The position numbers were made by a program, and so were the translations under genes. A DNA stretch of 64,000 nt from Candidatus Harrisonbacteria bacterium (GTDB taxonomy: Bacteria; Patescibacteriota; Minisyncoccia; UBA6257; 1-14-0-10-40-38): assembly GCA_023245035.1 (NCBI GenBank), contig JAHFLD010000002.1, positions 67,297 through 131,296 on the forward strand. Reading direction: 5' to 3'. Of the stretch, positions 60,586-64,000 are shown one piece after another. Numbering within the stretch: the first letter of the stretch is position 1; each line of letters starts with the position of its first letter. The notes beneath the pieces were generated by a model. It was not told the DNA's origin, made no database searches, and saw only the letters and a list, made by a program, of their open reading frames with translations.

Positions 60586-63570
60586 TTAACTCATTATTTC
60601 ACGTAGTCTACAGAACTCGCATTTTGGCTCGTCGCACCGCTTTCCGGCGAAGCCGTAGGTCATAATTTCTTCGGCGGTTTTTTTAATCAAGTCAATTAAG
60701 GCGACGCATTCCGCCGGCTCAATTACTAAGCGTTCGCGATGGTAGCGTCCTTTTTCGTCGGGTTCAACAAAGTCAATTTCGCCGGCGACCATGGCGAACT
60801 TTTCCCCATTTTCATAATTGTTGAGAAGAACATTGTAGAAGGTGAGTTGCCGCTTAATGTCGCCGGAGGAGGATTGCGTGGTGCCGGCAATTTCGCCCTT
60901 GGTTTTTATGGCGCCGGTTTTGTAGTCAACGATGATGACCCGATTGCCGTCGTCCAAAAATTCTATCTTATCCAAAGTGCCGTTAAGTTTAATGTCGTCG
61001 GTCAAGGGCACGCCGTTGATCTTGTATTCGGTAAGAATCCGGTGGCGCGGGCGTTCTTTGAGATATTGGTCAAAGTAGCCGGAAAGCGCCGAAATGCCTT
61101 TTTTTTCGGCAATCTCCAAATCTTTTTCTCCGAGCGCTTGTCGGTTAAGGTGATATTGAAACTTTTGGAGCAAGAAGTTTTTGTTTGGCTCGCTATCGCG
61201 CAGCGCGTCAAAAAAATCCTTAAGCGCCGCGTGGATTGCGATGCCGTAGAGTTGATGGCGAGCCGAAGCTTGCGGGATTTTTAACAAGTCGGTGTAGAAG
61301 TAGCGCCACGGGCATTCCAGATAATGATTGAGAGCGGTGGCGGAGAGGCCCTTCTCTACAAAAAGCTCGCGAATGAAGGCGGCGTCGCGAATATTGGATT
61401 TACTCGGTGGCGCCGGAAGAAATGTTGTTGCCGGATTTTCGGCCAAGAACTTTTCTGTTTCGGTGGCGTCGCCGTCTTGAATCAGAGCGCGATCTATCTC
61501 GCCGACAAATTGCGCCGGAAGCTGTTCGCGCCCCAGTGAACTTTCTTTGGCGTAGGTTATGGTTACCAATTGCTTGGCCCGGGTAATGGCGACATAGAAG
61601 AGGCGTCGTTCATCGTCGTTCGGATCGTGTTTGGCTGAAGAATTTTTTTGGCGCAAAAAGACCGAGGGAATTAGCCGGAGTTTTTGCGGTTGGCGCTTAT
61701 TGCCCCAATGACCGTCTACGGCATTTATGATGTAAACAAAATCAAATTCCTGACCCTTGGAGCGATGCGCTGTCATTAGGCGAACTTCGCGCGCGGTTCC
61801 GCCCAAGAAGTTTTTTTTGATAATCAGGCGATGGTTTTGGAGCGTCTCCAGATATTTAACAAAATCCCGCAGAGTCGCTTCCTTGCGCCGTTCGCTCAAC
61901 ATAACCGCCTCCTCAAAGAAGGCGTGGAGGGTTTGCAATTTTTGATGCGCCTCGGGCGCGGAGAGAATGTGGCGTAAAAATCCGGAGTCGTGGATTAAAG
62001 TTTCGAAACATTCCACCAGCGGCTGGTTGGCTTGTTTGATGGCGAAGTTTTTTAGCAGAGTATAGAGCGCGGTTATCTTTTCCGGCGACTCCAGATTTAT
62101 GGCGGCAAGCGCCGTTGGATTTCGAGCGAGGTCGTGAATGTTGATTTTTTGCCGGTTGGCGGAGGAGATTAGCTTGTAGATATCGAGCGGTTGAATTGCC
62201 AAAAAATCAACATGAAGGGCGGACATGAAGGCGTCTTGACTGCCAAAATTAACCGCGGCGTTCATTAGCAAGCGCAATTTTTTGATTTCCGCGTCGGATA
62301 GAAGATCGCGATCGGATTCAATCGCGAAAGGAACGCCGAGTTTTTGCAGAACGCGGGCGAGCGGGGCGGCATCCTGGTTTTCTCGATAAAGAATGGCGAT
62401 ATTTTGAGGCGAGATTCCCGCCGAGATTCTTTTTTTTATGTCGTTGCCGATAAAATACAGTTCGGCGTTCGGCGTATTAAAGGCGAGGAGCTGGAGCTGA
62501 ATATTTTGGTGTTGCTGACGCGAGGTTAGGCGAGACGGTCCGGGTAAAATACTGTGGGCGGAATCCAAAATGTTTTGCGTGGAGCGATAATTTTCGGAGA
62601 GAACGATTAGCTTGGCGTTGGGGTAGAGGTTTTTAAAATAGAGAAAGTTTTCCAGCGAGGCGCCTTGGAAGCGAAAAATGGCCTGTTTTTCGTCGCCGAC
62701 CACGAAGAGATTGGGGTCGGCGTGAAAGCCGGTTAGAAGTTCCAGAATTTTGTTTTGAGCGTTGTTGGTGTCTTGGTGTTCATCAACCAAAATATATTGA
62801 TAGGTTTCCTGCAGGATTAGAAGCAAGTCGGGGTTGGCGGAAAGTTCGCGGACAACCTCCATAATCATATCGTTGTAGTCGTAGACTTGTTCTTTTCTGA
62901 TTGTTTCCTCGTAAGCTTGGTAGATTAAGGCGAGCTCCTCATTTTTGCGCAGGGTTTTTTCCTCCAGAAGATACTTGCCCTTAATCTTGCCGCGATGCAC
63001 GCCGTGTTCGTGACGGAGATCGGGATCGGCTTCAAAGGCCGATTTTTCCCGTTTGATTAATTGATCATAATCGGCTGGCGTTACCGCTTCGCGCTTTAAT
63101 TCGCCGATTGCTTTCGCGATATCCCGCAGATAGTGAAAGGCGTCGCCAAAAGGGCGCAGAAGATTGAGGTCGGATTTTTCCACGATTTTTTCCAGAATTT
63201 CCACCGACTCAACTTCGGTGATGTGTTGGGAGCCGATGATGCGGGGAAATGATTCGGGGTGGGTTTTGATAATCTCGTTGCAAAAGCCGTGAAAGGTGCT
63301 GATGTTGACCGCGTATGCCGGAGGGCCGATTATTTCCGACAGGCGGCGGCGCATGGCGCGAACGCCGGATTCGGTGAAGGTTAAGGCCAAAATGTTGGCC
63401 GGCGCCAGGTCGGTTTGTTTTAAAAGATTGGCGATTCGCAGAGTAAGAATTTGAGTCTTGCCGGTGCCGGGGCCGGCAATGACCATAACCGGGCCTTCGA
63501 GCGCGTCTACCGCTTCGCGTTGAGCCGGATTGAGCTTGGCATATTCCGTTTCAAAGTTTTTGTTTTCCAT
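60586..63570 (-). CDS. UvrD/PcrA-like helicase fused to PD-(D/E)xK nuclease domain
   Basis: AGPGTGKT, VDEHQD, ENYRS, HRSKGQEF, YVAITRA, then LDKIE..IVDYKTG; Cys ligands ECP and C-terminal C..C..C. Confidence 0.92.
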   Translation of the reverse strand: MENKNFETEYAKLNPAQREAVDALEGPVMVIAGPGTGKTQILTLRIANLLKQTDLAPANILALTFTESGVRAMRRRLSEIIGPPAYAVNISTFHGFCNEIIKTHPESFPRIIGSQHITEVESVEILEKIVEKSDLNLLRPFGDAFHYLRDIAKAIGELKREAVTPADYDQLIKREKSAFEADPDLRHEHGVHRGKIKGKYLLEEKTLRKNEELALIYQAYEETIRKEQVYDYNDMIMEVVRELSANPDLLLILQETYQYILVDEHQDTNNAQNKILELLTGFHADPNLFVVGDEKQAIFRFQGASLENFLYFKNLYPNAKLIVLSENYRSTQNILDSAHSILPGPSRLTSRQQHQNIQLQLLAFNTPNAELYFIGNDIKKRISAGISPQNIAILYRENQDAAPLARVLQKLGVPFAIESDRDLLSDAEIKKLRLLMNAAVNFGSQDAFMSALHVDFLAIQPLDIYKLISSANRQKINIHDLARNPTALAAINLESPEKITALYTLLKNFAIKQANQPLVECFETLIHDSGFLRHILSAPEAHQKLQTLHAFFEEAVMLSERRKEATLRDFVKYLETLQNHRLIIKKNFLGGTAREVRLMTAHRSKGQEFDFVYIINAVDGHWGNKRQPQKLRLIPSVFLRQKNSSAKHDPNDDERRLFYVAITRAKQLVTITYAKESSLGREQLPAQFVGEIDRALIQDGDATETEKFLAENPATTFLPAPPSKSNIRDAAFIRELFVEKGLSATALNHYLECPWRYFYTDLLKIPQASARHQLYGIAIHAALKDFFDALRDSEPNKNFLLQKFQYHLNRQALGEKDLEIAEKKGISALSGYFDQYLKERPRHRILTEYKINGVPLTDDIKLNGTLDKIEFLDDGNRVIIVDYKTGAIKTKGEIAGTTQSSSGDIKRQLTFYNVLLNNYENGEKFAMVAGEIDFVEPDEKGRYHRERLVIEPAECVALIDLIKKTAEEIMTYGFAGKRCDEPKCEFCRLREIMS

Positions 63571-63648
63571 TTGACAATAAGGCAATAAAAAGAGTATTTT
63601 AGCGGAGCGTTGGTTCTTTGATAATAACAGAAAAACTAAGGAGTGAGC

Positions 63649-64000
63649 ATGTTTTCACCCGATGACTTTCGTGCTTTGGGCATTTCGCTCGTAGGAATTT
63701 TGCTGGTTGTTTTAATTGTGGCCACCAACAGAATGAAGCGACAGCGCGACGATGAGGTCAAAAAGTTGATTTTGCGATGGCTTGGTTTGTCGGACTTGAG
63801 CTTCATTGATATTGAGGACAAGTTGATGGACATTTCTCACCTTCATGTTTATCGGCGGCAACTGATTAGATTGCTGAATCAATTGGTTGAATCCGGAAAA
63901 ATCATGACGCGGGGAGGAGTTCTTTCTTCTAGGCGCGAAGCTGGTGGCCTTTCTGCTAATGACGTGGTCATTATCAGTTTAACCGAGGAGGCAAGGGCGG
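63649..64000 (+). CDS. Hypothetical TM + winged-helix-like protein, 3'-truncated by window edge
   Basis: AAGGAG SD; open frame MFSPDDFRALGISLVGILLVVLIVA...LNQLVESGKI to the edge. Confidence 0.6.
   Translation, partial: MFSPDDFRALGISLVGILLVVLIVATNRMKRQRDDEVKKLILRWLGLSDLSFIDIEDKLMDISHLHVYRRQLIRLLNQLVESGKIMTRGGVLSSRREAGGLSANDVVIISLTEEARA

Overview
This is a 64-kb chromosomal segment of a Patescibacteria/CPR (Parcubacteria-like) bacterium. It uses standard code 11, lacks rpmD between rpsE and rplO, and is mostly coded on the + strand. The core content is murF, recR-dnaB-cysS, groES/EL, lemA-htpX, the str-S10-spc ribosomal cluster, secY-adk-map, greA-lysS-serS-alr, pyrD-pyrC, an ABC-F ATPase, a UvrD-nuclease fusion and two tRNAs. 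The standout is a self-contained unit at about 9099-11104. It has a sigma70 promoter, then eight tandem stem-loop RNA units, each with two variable 9-nt segments framed by ACTW...TGT motifs, then a 409-aa IS110/Nop-domain protein and a terminator. This is the architecture of a stem-loop TIGR-Tas RNA-guided system, but by eye the RuvC-like domain lacks its first two catalytic acidic residues and has an insertion of about 40 aa, suggesting a nuclease-dead RNA-guided binder. Further patterns: (1) about ten orphan genes sit in cassettes sharing promoter + boxA-like motif + Shine-Dalgarno + terminator, while core genes lack SD and often look leaderless; (2) several nested palindromic repeat families occur, one inserted in-frame in htpX; (3) there is an IS200/IS605-type miniature element, an internally deleted ribosomal protein L3 and a membrane-anchored NirK. 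All calls come from visual inspection; no database searches were run.
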